From the IMG/VR virus record IMGVR_UViG_3300010149_000010: a stretch of DNA of 64,000 bases; one strand, given 5' to 3'. The notes under the pieces are model-generated. The model saw only the letters and a list, made by a program, of their open reading frames with translations, ran no database searches and was not told where the DNA came from. This document shows, piece by piece, positions 38,811-50,711 of the stretch; within the stretch, counting starts at the first letter, position 1; each line of letters begins with the position of its first letter. The DNA is from a virus. A program made the translations under genes and the position numbers.

Positions 38811-38978
38811 AAAAAAAAGAATAATGCGCGCGATATTAAGCAACTGATTTGCTATTGCGTTCAGAAACTCTTTTTTCTCCTTTAGTAACAATAACTTAAA
38901 AGTTTGACAAGGCGAAACTTTTAAAGTTGTTATATAAAAGATTGACTTAATACACACATTCTCTAGAAAGAGCAAAAA

Positions 38979-39695
38979 ATGATGAAATTAATATCATCGA
39001 TAATTCTCACCCTTCAATCTTCCTTATCCTTCTTATTCAGTGGTGGTGAAGTAGCGATGAACTTAGCAGACAGCAATAAGCTATCAGTTGAGGCTAAAAA
39101 GTTCGTCGACGGCGGAACTCGCAGTTTAGGAACTTGTGCATTAGCTAACCACTTAGCCAATGCTGGGTTCAGCATGTTAAACGGCTTCCTCGTAGGTTCT
39201 TACTGCGGATGGCAATGGGGACTGTTTACGACAGTCTTCTCTCTGCTTGGATTATGGTATCTTGGTGAGCTGTTACCAAAGATGACTGCAGCCAAAGCGC
39301 CAGAAAAGTTCTTAAACACTCATGCAAAAAAACTCCTCGCTGCAAAATCTCTACTATCTCCCATAGTGGACAGGATTGTGAAAGAAGAGCCAAGATGCGA
39401 AGTAAAAGAGAATGAGAAGGAATTAGTATCTGCCGCCCGTATGGCAGATGAAAAATGGAGCATCCTCTTACTACCTTTGTACGATGAACCAAAAGGAGGT
39501 AAAGCCCCATCTCTGATTCATAAAATTTCTTCATTGAGCTCCATAGAGGAGGTCATGTTGGCGGTGTGCTTGAAGAAAGAAGACAAAATAGTAGAATACC
39601 AAGTGATCGATGCCTACCACTTAAATGTAGTAGGATATTTCAACCCAATCACCATCATTCGTTGGATGATGGATCATAAAGAATTGAAAAAATGA
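38979..39695 (+). CDS. DUF21/CNNM-type transmembrane domain protein
   Basis: SFLFSGGEVA, LANHLAN and LGELLPKMTA..PEK match the DUF21 pattern (FS..E.A, N...N, GE..PK..A). Confidence 0.65.
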   Translation: MMKLISSIILTLQSSLSFLFSGGEVAMNLADSNKLSVEAKKFVDGGTRSLGTCALANHLANAGFSMLNGFLVGSYCGWQWGLFTTVFSLLGLWYLGELLPKMTAAKAPEKFLNTHAKKLLAAKSLLSPIVDRIVKEEPRCEVKENEKELVSAARMADEKWSILLLPLYDEPKGGKAPSLIHKISSLSSIEEVMLAVCLKKEDKIVEYQVIDAYHLNVVGYFNPITIIRWMMDHKELKK

Positions 39696-39827
39696 TAATT
39701 ATAATTCTATTAAGCATTACTCTAGTTCTAGGTTGGGCAGCCATAGAACTAGGAAAACTACAATGATCTTTCTAATTATTGTTGCAACTACAGTAGCAAC
39801 GTTAATGTTTACATCGCTTTTTTTATA

Positions 39828-41186
39828 ATGAGGTCGGGGGAGAACGCAATTATCGAATCATATGGGGCATACGTAAAAGGTATTAAATTATTCCCGCCAG
39901 CAAATATAAAAGTGATGCGAGAAGAACTAAAAGAACTCGTCGAAGACAAAACGTTAGAAGAATTCTTCGATGTTCTGCACACTGCGTGCAGGATATTTAA
40001 AATACCAAATTTCATAACATATTTTGTAGCCTATCCAACTGCAAGAAAGCACGCAAAACGTGTGATGCAGTACGGTTGCCCACGTTCACGCCGGGCTCAC
40101 AGTGAGGCAGGGAAAAGATGCGTATGCAATATGTCATAATAAATGAAGAATACGGTTACCGGATCTGGATGTCAAAAGTCACACCAGAAAAAACCAAAGA
40201 ACTATTAGCATGGTGGAAGTCATTAGAGACTGTGACGGGTATGTTTTACGACCCAAGCAGCAAGTTTCCAGTACCACTTACAGAACTGACAGAAAACAAC
40301 AGAGACGACTACCCTGACCTAATCAAGGAAAATGTCGCTATCTACGTTGAACTTCATGAAGACCATGACTCAAGATTCAAAGTCATGGGAGACCAGGTGT
40401 ATTACCACCGTGGTTATTTTAACATTAATTCACTACAAAAGTAAAAAAACATGTCAAATGTAGAATTTTTTACCAATTCACCTTTCTCAGACCGCAATGA
40501 TGACAGCAAAAAAGTCACAGAAACTTTATGTCGTCACTACAACGTCGAATTACCACCAGTTGGTGCTCGACACTTTCTGTCACACCTAGATGAATTGACA
40601 CCCCTTGCGATTGAGAAAGCCTTCTCCCTATTCGACCAAGCTGGTATCAGTGCAGGAGCCCACACGTTTCAAATCGACAATCCGTTTTTAGCGGTAACTC
40701 GATTGTGCGGAGTGAAGGTTGGTGACGAGTCTCTAGAGAATGAAGTCAGAACGCAACACTACAGAGGAGAAGATCGCCCTCTTCAACCAGTAGTAATCCG
40801 TGAGAAACCCTTTAGAGAAACAAATAAAGTAACACTTATCGTCTTTCCTAACAAGGAAGGTAATTTAACCCTTTACACAATGCACTCAGGACCTGCAATG
40901 AATCCAGATTTTTCTCATGAAGACTGGAAGACCAACGCTTTAGCGTTTAAGTCTGAGGAGGTGAACCATGTCGTGTAATAACTGCGTAGACCAGAATAGA
41001 GAAATCTCCGAGGACATCTATATGTTTTCAAGAGACACATCAGGAATTCATGAGATCGACGATGAGATCTTCTGCCCTGACTGCTCACCCTGGAGTCGTC
41101 AGGAAAGAAAGTCTCGATGGGACGACAATGATGACTGGGGTGGAGACCCCAACGATGTAGCAGGCAAAGCATTCGCAGGCTACTAA
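39828..41186 (+). other. Run of four small hypothetical CDSs (39828-40139, 40118-40444, 40451-40978, 40968-41186)
   Basis: Tightly packed co-directional ORFs; the first has a MazG-like EE..EEFFD pattern. Confidence 0.6.
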
Positions 41187-41263
41187 CTTTACAATCAGAC
41201 CATTACTTCATTGTAATGCAAACCCTCTAGTAGGGGATTCTTTCAAAAGAAGAATCTTAAAAG

Positions 41264-41400
41264 TGTCGAAATCAAATAACAGAACTTGTGTTATTCCTTT
41301 CTGGAGTTTTGTTATAGAGCTAATGATATGCTCTCGCCTCTGTTGTGTGCGGCGTGATAGGGTGTGTACCCCTGATGACTCCATGATGGAGTGATTGTAT
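41264..41400 (+). ncRNA. Possible type II (permuted) hammerhead-like RNA
   Basis: GTC-GAAA-TCA (GAAA 41268-41271) ... TGAT-A, GGGT-GTGT-ACCC stem I, CTGATGA 41372-41378; stem II pairing uncertain. Confidence 0.35.
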
Positions 41401-41605
41401 TTTTCTAATGACGTAACGTCAGGAGACAACATGAATAGTAAAACTATGCACTGGATCATTTACGACCTGTTGGTTCAAACAGGCCATATAAAATCAATAG
41501 GATATGGTCTTGGAGACCAGGACGGATGTTTAGTAGAGAGGAATCTAAATGTTTACAACTCTCACACTAACAAAACCCCAGCGAAAACCCCTAAAAGGAG
41601 CCGAA

Positions 41606-42966
41606 ATGTCTAACATCCCACAAGTACATCAACAAGTCTATGAACTGTTAACAGTTCAACAAAAAAACTTCTTCTACATCCACTCCCTGTGGCAGGGTGT
41701 TTCATGCATCCGCTTGAAAAGTGGAGTAATGAAAGAATTCGCAGCCAGCGGAAACGAATGTCAAATGCAAACGTTTCTAACTTATGCACAACACATCGTC
41801 GCGCTAGCACATGCTAAAAATATCTGGACCTGTGTAAGGTTCAGTAACAATGGGTACCAATCAGTACTCGTTTACCTTGGGACAAGAAATATAGACGAAT
41901 TCATGCGGTTGTCAAAGATTCGTCAAGCAGCTGCAGCTGAAAATGCTGAGGCAAAAGCAAACTGGCCGGATGGAATTCTGGATAAACACGGAGAACCGTA
42001 CGGGAGTCGAACATGATCAATCAAATTAAAGATGACTACAATAATTTACCATCGTGGGCTAGGATGCTCATTGGGATAGGAGTCTTATTCAGCATCATTA
42101 AGTGGTTTCCAATAGTTGAGCTGCTTGAGTTATTTTCTTATGTTGTCATCATACCCCTAGGGTTCCTAACGTTCCTAGGGCTAGTTTCAAAAGAAACTAC
42201 CAATGGGGTAGTAGAAGCCTGGAATACCGTATGTAACACAATAAGAGAAAGAGCAGCAGAAGTAGCTACTGCAGAAACACCTAATGTAGAAACAGAAACC
42301 ACAAACGAAGCAACGGGATCATAATATGGAAGAAGCACTCTTCTGTCGTCTCTGCATCGTGATCATATCAATGGCTGCATTCCTTTAAAAGGAGACTAAA
42401 AATGAAATCATTGTCACTTATATTTGTGTTTATTTTAACACTACCAACATTAGCTCAAGCCAAGCCAACATGCAAAGAACAGATTGCTTTTGTTAGAGCC
42501 ACTATCAAAGTTCTAGAAAAAACAATTCAAGAATGTAAAGAGCAATGGGATGGAACATGTAACATGGCCATTTCAAGTAACCATGAAGCCGTACTAGACG
42601 GTCTTGATTATGCATACCAAATCTGCCCAAAAGAATGGGTAGAAAAACTAAAAAAAGTAGAAAAGGCTTTTGACAATGGTAAGTAATGTACTAGAAGCAC
42701 TTCAAGAAATATCAGCTCGAGAAGAACAATTGCCAAAAGCAGTAGATGCTGTAAGCGAAATAATAAAAGACTGCGTAATACCCGACCTGGTAGCACTAGC
42801 TTCTAGAGTCGACACAGCAAAGTCCACCCACTCACGAGCACTAACAGCAATAAGTATATTACTGCCAAGAACAGCAGCCAACTTAAAATCGCTTGACAAA
42901 AAAATGACAAAACTACTAGATCCAGAAAAAACCCAAAAAAAATACAGAATGAAAAAAATCAAGTAA
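41606..42966 (+). other. Run of small hypothetical CDSs (41606-42016, 42013-42324 2TM, 42402-42686 signal peptide, 42670-42966)
   Basis: AGGAG SDs and overlapping stops/starts. Confidence 0.6.
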
Positions 42967-43034
42967 CGTAAACGTTTAAAAAGTTAATTCTTCTCTATTA
43001 AACCAATGCAGAAACAATCAATGTAAAACGCTTT

Positions 43035-43108
43035 GGGCCTATAGCTCAGTTGGTTAGAGCACCCGACTCATAATCGGTAGGTCCCAGGTTCAAGTCCTGG
43101 TGGGCCCA
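43035..43108 (+). tRNA. tRNA-CAT (Ile2-like; Met not excluded)
   Basis: Canonical cloverleaf, GACT-CAT-AATC anticodon arm resembling bacterial Ile2; no encoded CCA. Confidence 0.9.
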
Positions 43109-43118
43109 TAAAAATTTT

Positions 43119-43191
43119 GGACTTTTAGCTCAGTTGGTAGAGCATCGGACTTTTAATCCGCAGGTCCTGGGTTCGAACCCCAGAAGGTCCA
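43119..43191 (+). tRNA. tRNA-Lys(TTT)
   Basis: Canonical cloverleaf, CT-TTT-AA loop, GGTTCGAA T-loop; no CCA. Confidence 0.92.
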
Positions 43192-43215
43192 TTTAAAAAA
43201 GGAGAAAATAAAGAA

Positions 43216-45462
43216 ATGAAGATATCAGCAATATTATTAACCTTAACCAGCTTGGCATTGCTGACAAGTATTGCCAATAATCCCAATAGCAGCATCCATA
43301 TTATATCTCCCTCAGCAGTATACATTGAAGGAGAAGCCTGCGTAATAAATGCAGGTAAAGAGAGAGAACCAGAGGAGCTTGAAAACGATTGGCAAGGTTG
43401 TCTTGCAATTCACGAGCTTGTCCGGTGAGCTACGCAATAGAGTTCATTATCTATTTCGTATGGACGTTTTATGCTCTCACGTTCTGGATGAACCTGAATT
43501 TTAAAAATTTTTAACGATTATGCACTGCTAAAGGCTAAAAAATGACAAAAAAAATTTCAGAAGCAGAAGCAAAAAAAATAGCAAAAGTTGCAAAAAAACG
43601 CAACTATAAAGGCAACCTAGAAGCAATGGCATTGTATCAAATTCTTACCAACATTGGTGGAGAATTCGGCATGATCATGAGGCACGTCGTAGAAGAATAC
43701 AATGACATAGAACACGGAAGTGAAGAAGAATCATTCGCGTTCCTCAACTGGTTGCCAAATCACATGGTTGAATGGCTAGTAAATTCAGCTAAAAACGATT
43801 TAGTGAAAGCCTCATTTGTAACAAATATCAACTGTCAATGGCATAACCACTGGCATATAGTAGCAGACTCAGCAAAAAAAGTTGTGATCGAAACAAAGAT
43901 TCGCAGATGGTGCAAAACGCCTGAAGCTAAAAAATTCATAAAGCGCAACGAACATCGTAATGACTGCATAACAACATACCACTGGCTTTGAACACAAGGA
44001 CAAAAAAGTAATATGCAAGAACTATCGGGCGAACAAAGAATCAAACACATAGCTATAAACCACGTCATGAGAAACATAGACATGGAAATCATTACTTCCG
44101 AAAAAAAAACAAACTTAGCATTCCTGCTAATTGCAACAGTGATAAGAGCAGTAGGTGATACATGTCACGCGTACTTCTCTACAGAAGAAAATGTTCTAGC
44201 CCCACTACCACTATCTTTGAATTCATACACCATGGCAAAAGCAAAAGGATATAAACTTATACAAAGCTATGAAGTAGATGAAGAAGAAGTAGTACATCTA
44301 GCCCTTAACATCAACGAATGCAAAGCATTCATAAAAGAGATAGACCTCTTCATTGATCAAAATAAAGACTCACTCATAAAACAGCTGATACATAACAATA
44401 GAAACTGTGAATTCACAACCGTAACATATTTTTAAAAAAAGGGTGGCGCAATGACACACAACACAGCAGTACACAACAGCACACAAGAATTAATACTCAA
44501 CAACATGTTTGACTCAAGCATGTTGGTCATGAAACCTTCTTTTGACATGATAAAAAAAGGCAATAACGAAGAATACCAAAAGATGTTCGACGATTTTTTA
44601 GAAGTAGCAAAACAAGAGTGGCTTTTAATGATGCGAGAGTACCTCTCAACAGAAGAGATCGACTACCTGGTGCAATCATTCTTCTATAGTAGTAAGATTG
44701 ACGTGCAGAAGTTACTGCTCTTCAATACTGTCTTCACACAAAAAGTATCAGAACTAGCAGAGACCCACTTGAAGTAATGATAAAACTGATCTTCCTGTTG
44801 TTGTTATTCGTGATAGTGATGAGATTATACGGAGACATAATACTAAGATCATCACTAGACTTACTATCTCTAATTACAATCCTGACGTTAATTAAAATAA
44901 TTGGAGGCTAATATGCCAGCTACAGTTACCGCAGACAACAATGTTATCACCTACTTCTTCAGTAACTACGACGAGTTCGCAAAGCAAGCAGCAGAATTCG
45001 AACAGCGACACAAGTTATACAAATACGAATATCGCTATAGCCTATTTAATGACCCGCAAGATTTCAATGAGCTCATTCTTGTCGGCTATGATAAGAACAC
45101 AGAACAAGAAATCGAACGAATCTCAATCTACGAAAAAGGATACTAAAATGCAAATCATCAACCTAACCCCGCACACTATCAACATACACAGTAACGGCAG
45201 CGTCACAAACGTAACCCCTTCAGGCAACATTGCACGTGTAAGCACAAACTATCAACATTTTAACACAGTATCAGGTATTAATATCTACAATTGTGTCTAT
45301 GGAGATGTTGATGGTCTTCCTGACTCACAAGACAACGCCATTTACATCGTAAATGGCGTTGTTAAATCAGCAGTGCCAACGCGAAAAGACGTAATGTCTC
45401 CAGGAGAGCTTATCCGTGATGATAGCGGCAAGCCAATTGGATGTAATGGACTTCGCCAGTAA
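43216..45462 (+). other. Run of small hypothetical CDSs (43216-43428, 43542-43991, 44013-44435, 44451-44777, 44913-45146, 45148-45462)
   Basis: Co-directional ORFs; last begins MQIINLTPHTI, a motif of a common small phage protein. Confidence 0.6.
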
Positions 45463-45492
45463 TAATTAGCAATCCTAAACAACAAGTGACAA

Positions 45493-45530
45493 TCCCCCCG
45501 CAAGGGGGGAATTAGCCCCCGCAAGGGGGC
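45493..45530. repeat. Tandem C-rich/G-rich GCAA-loop hairpins
   Basis: TCCCCCC-GCAA-GGGGGGA and GCCCCC-GCAA-GGGGGC separated by 4 nt. Confidence 0.8.
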
Positions 45531-45736
45531 GTCTATAACCGTCTCCATAAAGTGTAAAACACTTTAAAAAACCTTAAAGATGTGACGAGACCTAGAATTG
45601 TACGAACTAATATTCAAAAGCAAAACAATTAAATGCAATTCAATACAAGAATGGCATAAAGCAGTAATACAATTAGAAAAAAAGGGACAAATGTTCGACA
45701 ACTTTGTAAAAAAAGGGTCAACATATAAATTCTATT

Positions 45737-46243
45737 ATGAAAAATAAATATCTCATACTAGTAAAAGAGTACTGGAACGACAAACTTGTAGAAGAATGGT
45801 ACGAAGAAAACAATGGCCATTCAGGAATGTTAACGTTTACGAGCTTTGTAGAAGCGAAAGAGTATGCAGATGAAAACTCATATAAAATAAAACTAAAAAA
45901 CGACACACACAGATATGAACTCACAGTAATAGAGCACAACCAACAAACTCAAAAGTATAAAATGATCAAAGATTACGAAGAAGTAGGAAAGCAAATAGGC
46001 GGTCTACTAAATGAAAAGCAACAATCTTACGGAGACGCTTTTGGAAAAATGGAACAAATATTTAAGATACTGTATCCAGAAAACATTCAAAAACACCAAT
46101 ACAAAGACGTCTTAACACTTGCAAGAATACTAGACAAGATTTTTAGAATAGCCAACCTCCCTGAGGACCAAAAAGATACTATGGGAGAAGAGCCCTACAA
46201 AGACATTGCAGGCTATGCAATATTAGCGCTATTGAAAGACTAA
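45737..46243 (+). CDS. DUF1599/nucleotide-modification-associated domain protein
   Basis: LLNEKQQSYGDAF..LDKIFRI..PYKDIAGYAIL. Confidence 0.6.
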   Translation: MKNKYLILVKEYWNDKLVEEWYEENNGHSGMLTFTSFVEAKEYADENSYKIKLKNDTHRYELTVIEHNQQTQKYKMIKDYEEVGKQIGGLLNEKQQSYGDAFGKMEQIFKILYPENIQKHQYKDVLTLARILDKIFRIANLPEDQKDTMGEEPYKDIAGYAILALLKD

Positions 46244-46244
46244 A

Positions 46245-46502
46245 ATGATTATATATTATGCAGGAATATACGGAATATGCTGGAGCTTGATGTATGCCCG
46301 GCCTTTGCAGCCTTTAAGATTTTTCCTCCAAAATGTACCATTTTTAAACGAACTACTAGAGTGCATAGTCTGCCTAAGCTTTTGGGTTGGACTCCCGTTT
46401 TTATATTACTATTTCAACCAAACGCCATGGCCAACCCAAATTCTAATACACTTTAGCACCATTACATTCACATGGTGTTTAGCTTACCTTTTAGAGGACT
46501 AA
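46245..46502 (+). CDS. Small membrane protein (DUF1360-like)
   Basis: ELLECIVCLSFWVG motif with TM helices. Confidence 0.5.
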   Translation: MIIYYAGIYGICWSLMYARPLQPLRFFLQNVPFLNELLECIVCLSFWVGLPFLYYYFNQTPWPTQILIHFSTITFTWCLAYLLED

Positions 46503-46933
46503 AAAAATTGACAAACACTTACACAAAAAAACAACAATCAGTACTAAATCTAGTTAACAAACTAAACAAAACAGTCTTTTCTCCAAATGAACTTTATACA
46601 GCACAAGGTAAAGACAAGCCGTTCTCAAGAAAAGCCATATCCGTGCACCTAAGTACCCTGAGAACAAACAACCCCTCACTCCTCACTAGAGTTAAAAAAG
46701 GCCAATACATGTTAACAGAAACCATTAACGCAGTTTCAACTAATCAATTTTCAATCACACCCAAAGAAGAGCTTCCTGGTTTTTTAGCTTACGAAGATAT
46801 TGACAAATTAATTGAATGGAAAAACGCTTCAATTACCGACACCAATGCAACTATCGACTTTCTAAAGTTAAAAATTGTAAAGCTAGAAAAACAAAAACAA
46901 TTGTTAAACAATATTCAAAACAAGTTCTGTTAG
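46472..46933 (+). CDS. Putative winged-helix + coiled-coil protein
   Basis: SRKAISVHLSTL..LTRVKKGQYML wHTH-like; start may be TTG at 46508. Confidence 0.45.
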   Translation: MVFSLPFRGLKKLTNTYTKKQQSVLNLVNKLNKTVFSPNELYTAQGKDKPFSRKAISVHLSTLRTNNPSLLTRVKKGQYMLTETINAVSTNQFSITPKEELPGFLAYEDIDKLIEWKNASITDTNATIDFLKLKIVKLEKQKQLLNNIQNKFC

Positions 46934-46943
46934 AGGTGTAAAC

Positions 46944-47363
46944 ATGTACATACAAAAACACTTACTTGACATAAAGTTGATCAAAAAGTATCTTTCCGAC
47001 AACGAAGACAGTACAAACTCAAACCTACACAATTCCTTTACAAGAAAAGAATTTGTAAGAAATACCAGTTCAACAAACTATTATTTTAAAGAAATGCTAA
47101 ACTCAGGTCTAATTATAGACACAGGAATGGTCTATGCAAACAAGAGGGGAAGCCCCGTCGTATACCGATTGAATGAAGTTTTTTTACAAGCTGGACAAAA
47201 AGAAACATACTCTCTAACAAAAGAAGACATCGAATTGCTTCTAAAAGTAAAGAGCAGTAACCTCAAAAACATAAGTGAAGAAATTAACATTATGAAAAAG
47301 CGCGTCGAATCTCTGCAATCAGAACACACTTCTTTAATTGCTTTAAAAAAGAAAACACTTTGA
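46944..47363 (+). CDS. Putative winged-helix + coiled-coil protein
   Basis: FKEMLNSGLI..KRGSPVVYRL wing motif; coiled-coil tail. Confidence 0.45.
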   Translation: MYIQKHLLDIKLIKKYLSDNEDSTNSNLHNSFTRKEFVRNTSSTNYYFKEMLNSGLIIDTGMVYANKRGSPVVYRLNEVFLQAGQKETYSLTKEDIELLLKVKSSNLKNISEEINIMKKRVESLQSEHTSLIALKKKTL

Positions 47364-47516
47364 AAAAGTATGAAAATATAAAAGCGTTTGAATTAGAACT
47401 ACTTCTAAACGCTGAAAAAATGAAAATTGAATTATTAAAAAGAATTGCCAACTCTTTAGAAACTATTGCTGCTAAAAAAGAAGTAGAAAAAGATAAAAAT
47501 GATTTTTTAAATTTTA

Positions 47517-48101
47517 ATGACTCTAATAATTAACGACATAAACTACGAATACCACAAAGATTTTTTACTTCCTCAAGACGAACTTTTTTTAAAGCAAAAG
47601 TTAACTTCAGTTCCCTGGAGGCAAGTAAAATACTTTAAAAAACATAGAGGTAAAATTGTAACTCCAAGATTATCTTGGGTTTCTGGGGGTCTTTCAACTA
47701 CAGTTAATAAACATCCAAATTGGATTTTGCCTCTACTACAATATGCAAAAGAAACATTTCACGAAGAGTTCAATTATATCCTTTATTTTAAATATGATTC
47801 CCCTAAACACTCAATATCACCACATTCAGACAACGAATTTTTTCTAGGACCAAATCCTAAAATAGCGGTGTTAACCATAGGGGATTCAATTAAATTCAAA
47901 CTTATAAACAAGATAACAAGACAGAAAATCTGTTTTAATTTCCAGTCAAACGATTTGATCTTGATGAAAGCAAACTGTCAGAAAGAACTACTTCATACGG
48001 TTCCTAAAGATAAAACTTTTGTTAATAAGACAAGGTATTCGCTTTCGTTTAGAAAAGTAATCCACCCTTACGGTGATTTAAATTACAATAAATACAATTA
48101 A
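47517..48101 (+). CDS. AlkB-family 2OG-Fe(II) dioxygenase
   Basis: PRLSW, FNY..Y, ISPHSD (HxD), HTVPK, RYSLSFR. Confidence 0.88.
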   Translation: MTLIINDINYEYHKDFLLPQDELFLKQKLTSVPWRQVKYFKKHRGKIVTPRLSWVSGGLSTTVNKHPNWILPLLQYAKETFHEEFNYILYFKYDSPKHSISPHSDNEFFLGPNPKIAVLTIGDSIKFKLINKITRQKICFNFQSNDLILMKANCQKELLHTVPKDKTFVNKTRYSLSFRKVIHPYGDLNYNKYN

Positions 48102-48155
48102 AAAAATGCATCTTTGCGCACAGCAACAGGCAAAACCTTACAAAAGGACAACACC

Positions 48156-49444
48156 ATGAAAGATATGTTAGGACAAGAAATAGTTCCCGGTGACATTTTT
48201 ACAATAGCAGGCGGTAACGCAAGGTTTGGAGGTCTAACAATAGAAGTTGGAATAGTCATTTCAAACACTCAAAAAATGTTAAAAACATACACTACAAAAT
48301 TTGACAAAATCAAACTTAAACCAACAAACAAGACCCCCAGAAAAGTGCTTAAAATTGAAACTCCTTCTGAAATATTTCTCAAAACTGACGCGGTTCAGTT
48401 ATTGCTAAAAACTTATCAAAAACATGTTGATTTCAATAAACCTTAAGTACAAATAAAATGCATCCAATACCAACAATACTGCTAACCATATATATACTTT
48501 TAACTTTAATAATTTTAATTGTAGCAGCTTGGTTTTTTCCTTATCAAGCTTTAATTATAACTGTTTTTTTAGCATTAATATCTATACTGGACGGATTATG
48601 AAAAACTTTTTAATAGCTTTTTCTGTTGTCGCACTTCTGCTTTTTTTTATTTCTAGCGCAGACAGCGATTATAGAAATGCAAAACGACTCTATTACGACT
48701 GCTCAAGTGCGACGCACAAGCTAGTCCCACTCACACCTTACGAGCATAAAACCCTTCTTGAATCGGGTTCAATCGATAACTTTACTTGCACAAGTAATAA
48801 GTATACTAGATTTTACGTTAATCTTTTAAGAAGGAAAATAAAATGAAAACTTTCAACTTCACGGATGAAGAAAGTCTTTTTGCTGCAAAAACTTATACAG
48901 TTGAAGCTTCAACTCCAGGCAACTGCAAAGTTAGCGTCAGGGGCGCTTTCTTAGGAAATTGGACTTTCAACTTAAAGCTAGATTACAATGTAGCATGTGA
49001 ACGATTAAATACTTACTGCCAAACTAACGACAAATACATACAGAACATATTTCCAGAACTCTCCCTTCAAGAAAGCAAAAAGTTCTTAACCAACCCTAGA
49101 ATGAATTTTTCAAAACCTAAATGAAGTACTTACTTTTATTTAATCTAACTGTTCCCCTGTGGTTTTTTTCAGCAAAATTGATTTTTTTAAATCATTCTTT
49201 TGCTCAAGAAAGTTATGCTAACGAGTTCAACTTGAACAAAAGAGACCTGAGATTAATTGAATATTACTTTTCTATTCAAGAAAACGCTAATAGCTTCGAT
49301 AAGCTCCCTAAAGTAACTTCTAGCTCTAGGGTCAACACATTTTTTAAAATCTTGAAGAATACAGACCACCCCAAATGGATTCCTGCTTACTTACTTTTGC
49401 TGGAAATAATACCTTCTTTGATTACAGAAGATATTGGATGTTAA
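48156..49444 (+). other. Run of small hypothetical CDSs (48156-48446, 48598-48846, 48843-49124, 49121-49444)
   Basis: Co-directional, ATGA-type overlaps. Confidence 0.55.
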
Positions 49445-49545
49445 TAAAAAATGCCTAGCCAAGAATGTTTAAGCTCTAATTTTTTTTACATTTACCTTTC
49501 TATTCAAATTTACATGTTATATAAAGTTTTTAGTTCTATTTGATC

Positions 49546-49618
49546 GCACTAATAGCTCAGTTGGAAGAGCAGGGGCCTTCTAAGCCCAAGGTCGCAGGTT
49601 CGAGCCCTGCTTGGTGCA
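49546..49618 (+). tRNA. tRNA-Arg(TCT)
   Basis: Canonical cloverleaf, CT-TCT-AA loop, GGTTCGAG T-loop; no CCA. Confidence 0.92.
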
Positions 49619-49841
49619 TTAAACACTAACAAATTAAAATCTTCTTAATTTTTTTACACCTACTTGAATTATACTCGTGCATTTTGGTATTTAATTTTTT
49701 TAAAAAGGAGGTTCAAATGATTAACGAAGCCACAGTTATTCTTGCATACAACGTTGCACTTTTAATTATGTGCTTAATCTTTTTATAGCACTAGAAAAAA
49801 AATATTCGAAGCAGATATAATTAAACTACAGGAGTTTAATT

Positions 49842-50711
49842 ATGGAAATAATAAAGCAAGATGAGATGGTTAAAGCTAACATAGCCATTGTTCTAACTGA
49901 TATTATAGGCTCAACTAAGTTCGTTGAACGCAATGGAAACTTGAATGCAGCCAAGTGGTTCAAAGTTCACGACAAACATTGCATATCTTTAATATATAGA
50001 TTCAACGGAATACTTTGTGATGCTTCAGATGGGTTCTTAATGTATTTTAATACAGTTCAAGATGCTTTAGCGTTTTCGTTTGCTTACAAAAAATCCCTCT
50101 TAAAACACAAATTCCCTTTCGCTACAAGAATAGGGATACATTATGATAGTATGTTAATATTAAAAACTCCTCAAAGTTTAATCGACATCAATCATAAGAG
50201 AATATCATTAGAAGGCATTGGTAAGAACGTCGCAGCAAGAACAATGAGCATATGCGGCTCTCAACAAATATTGCTTACGACTAACGCTTACAACCAATAC
50301 GCAAGAAGACTTTACTCTCATTCACATATACCTAAAGGAGCTTTAATAGCTTCTGCAGGCTTGTATGAATTTAAAGGTGTCAAGAACCCAGAACAAATTT
50401 GGGTAGCTGCTTTAAACGCTTTAGATCTTACACCACCTTTAAGTGGAGAAAAAGTTAAAAGACTAGCAGGGCCTAAAAAAATAAACATTAAACTTAGAAA
50501 TAGAAAATTAAAACAAAAAATAGAATTTTATTTTTGGAAAATTTCTTTTTTATACATCTTTTTTTTAATATGTTCTTTTTGGAACCTTATTTCCTCACCT
50601 ACTCAAAAGAAGATGTGGAATCTAGATTATTGGTTTTTAAAACCTTTCGATTATCTAAACTTTTTCTTTTCAATCATGTATGACTACCTAAGGTATCTTT
50701 ATGTTAGTTAA
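49842..50711 (+). CDS. Class III nucleotide cyclase with C-terminal TM segment
   Basis: VLTDIIGST, DASDGFL, RIGIH, KNVAAR, QILLT, YEFKG. Confidence 0.88.
   Translation: MEIIKQDEMVKANIAIVLTDIIGSTKFVERNGNLNAAKWFKVHDKHCISLIYRFNGILCDASDGFLMYFNTVQDALAFSFAYKKSLLKHKFPFATRIGIHYDSMLILKTPQSLIDINHKRISLEGIGKNVAARTMSICGSQQILLTTNAYNQYARRLYSHSHIPKGALIASAGLYEFKGVKNPEQIWVAALNALDLTPPLSGEKVKRLAGPKKINIKLRNRKLKQKIEFYFWKISFLYIFFLICSFWNLISSPTQKKMWNLDYWFLKPFDYLNFFFSIMYDYLRYLYVS

Noticed and set aside
43108-43215. Theta (HDV-like) ribozymes in tRNA trailers
   Set aside because: The sequences directly after all three tRNAs are short or AT-rich with no nested double-pseudoknot pattern
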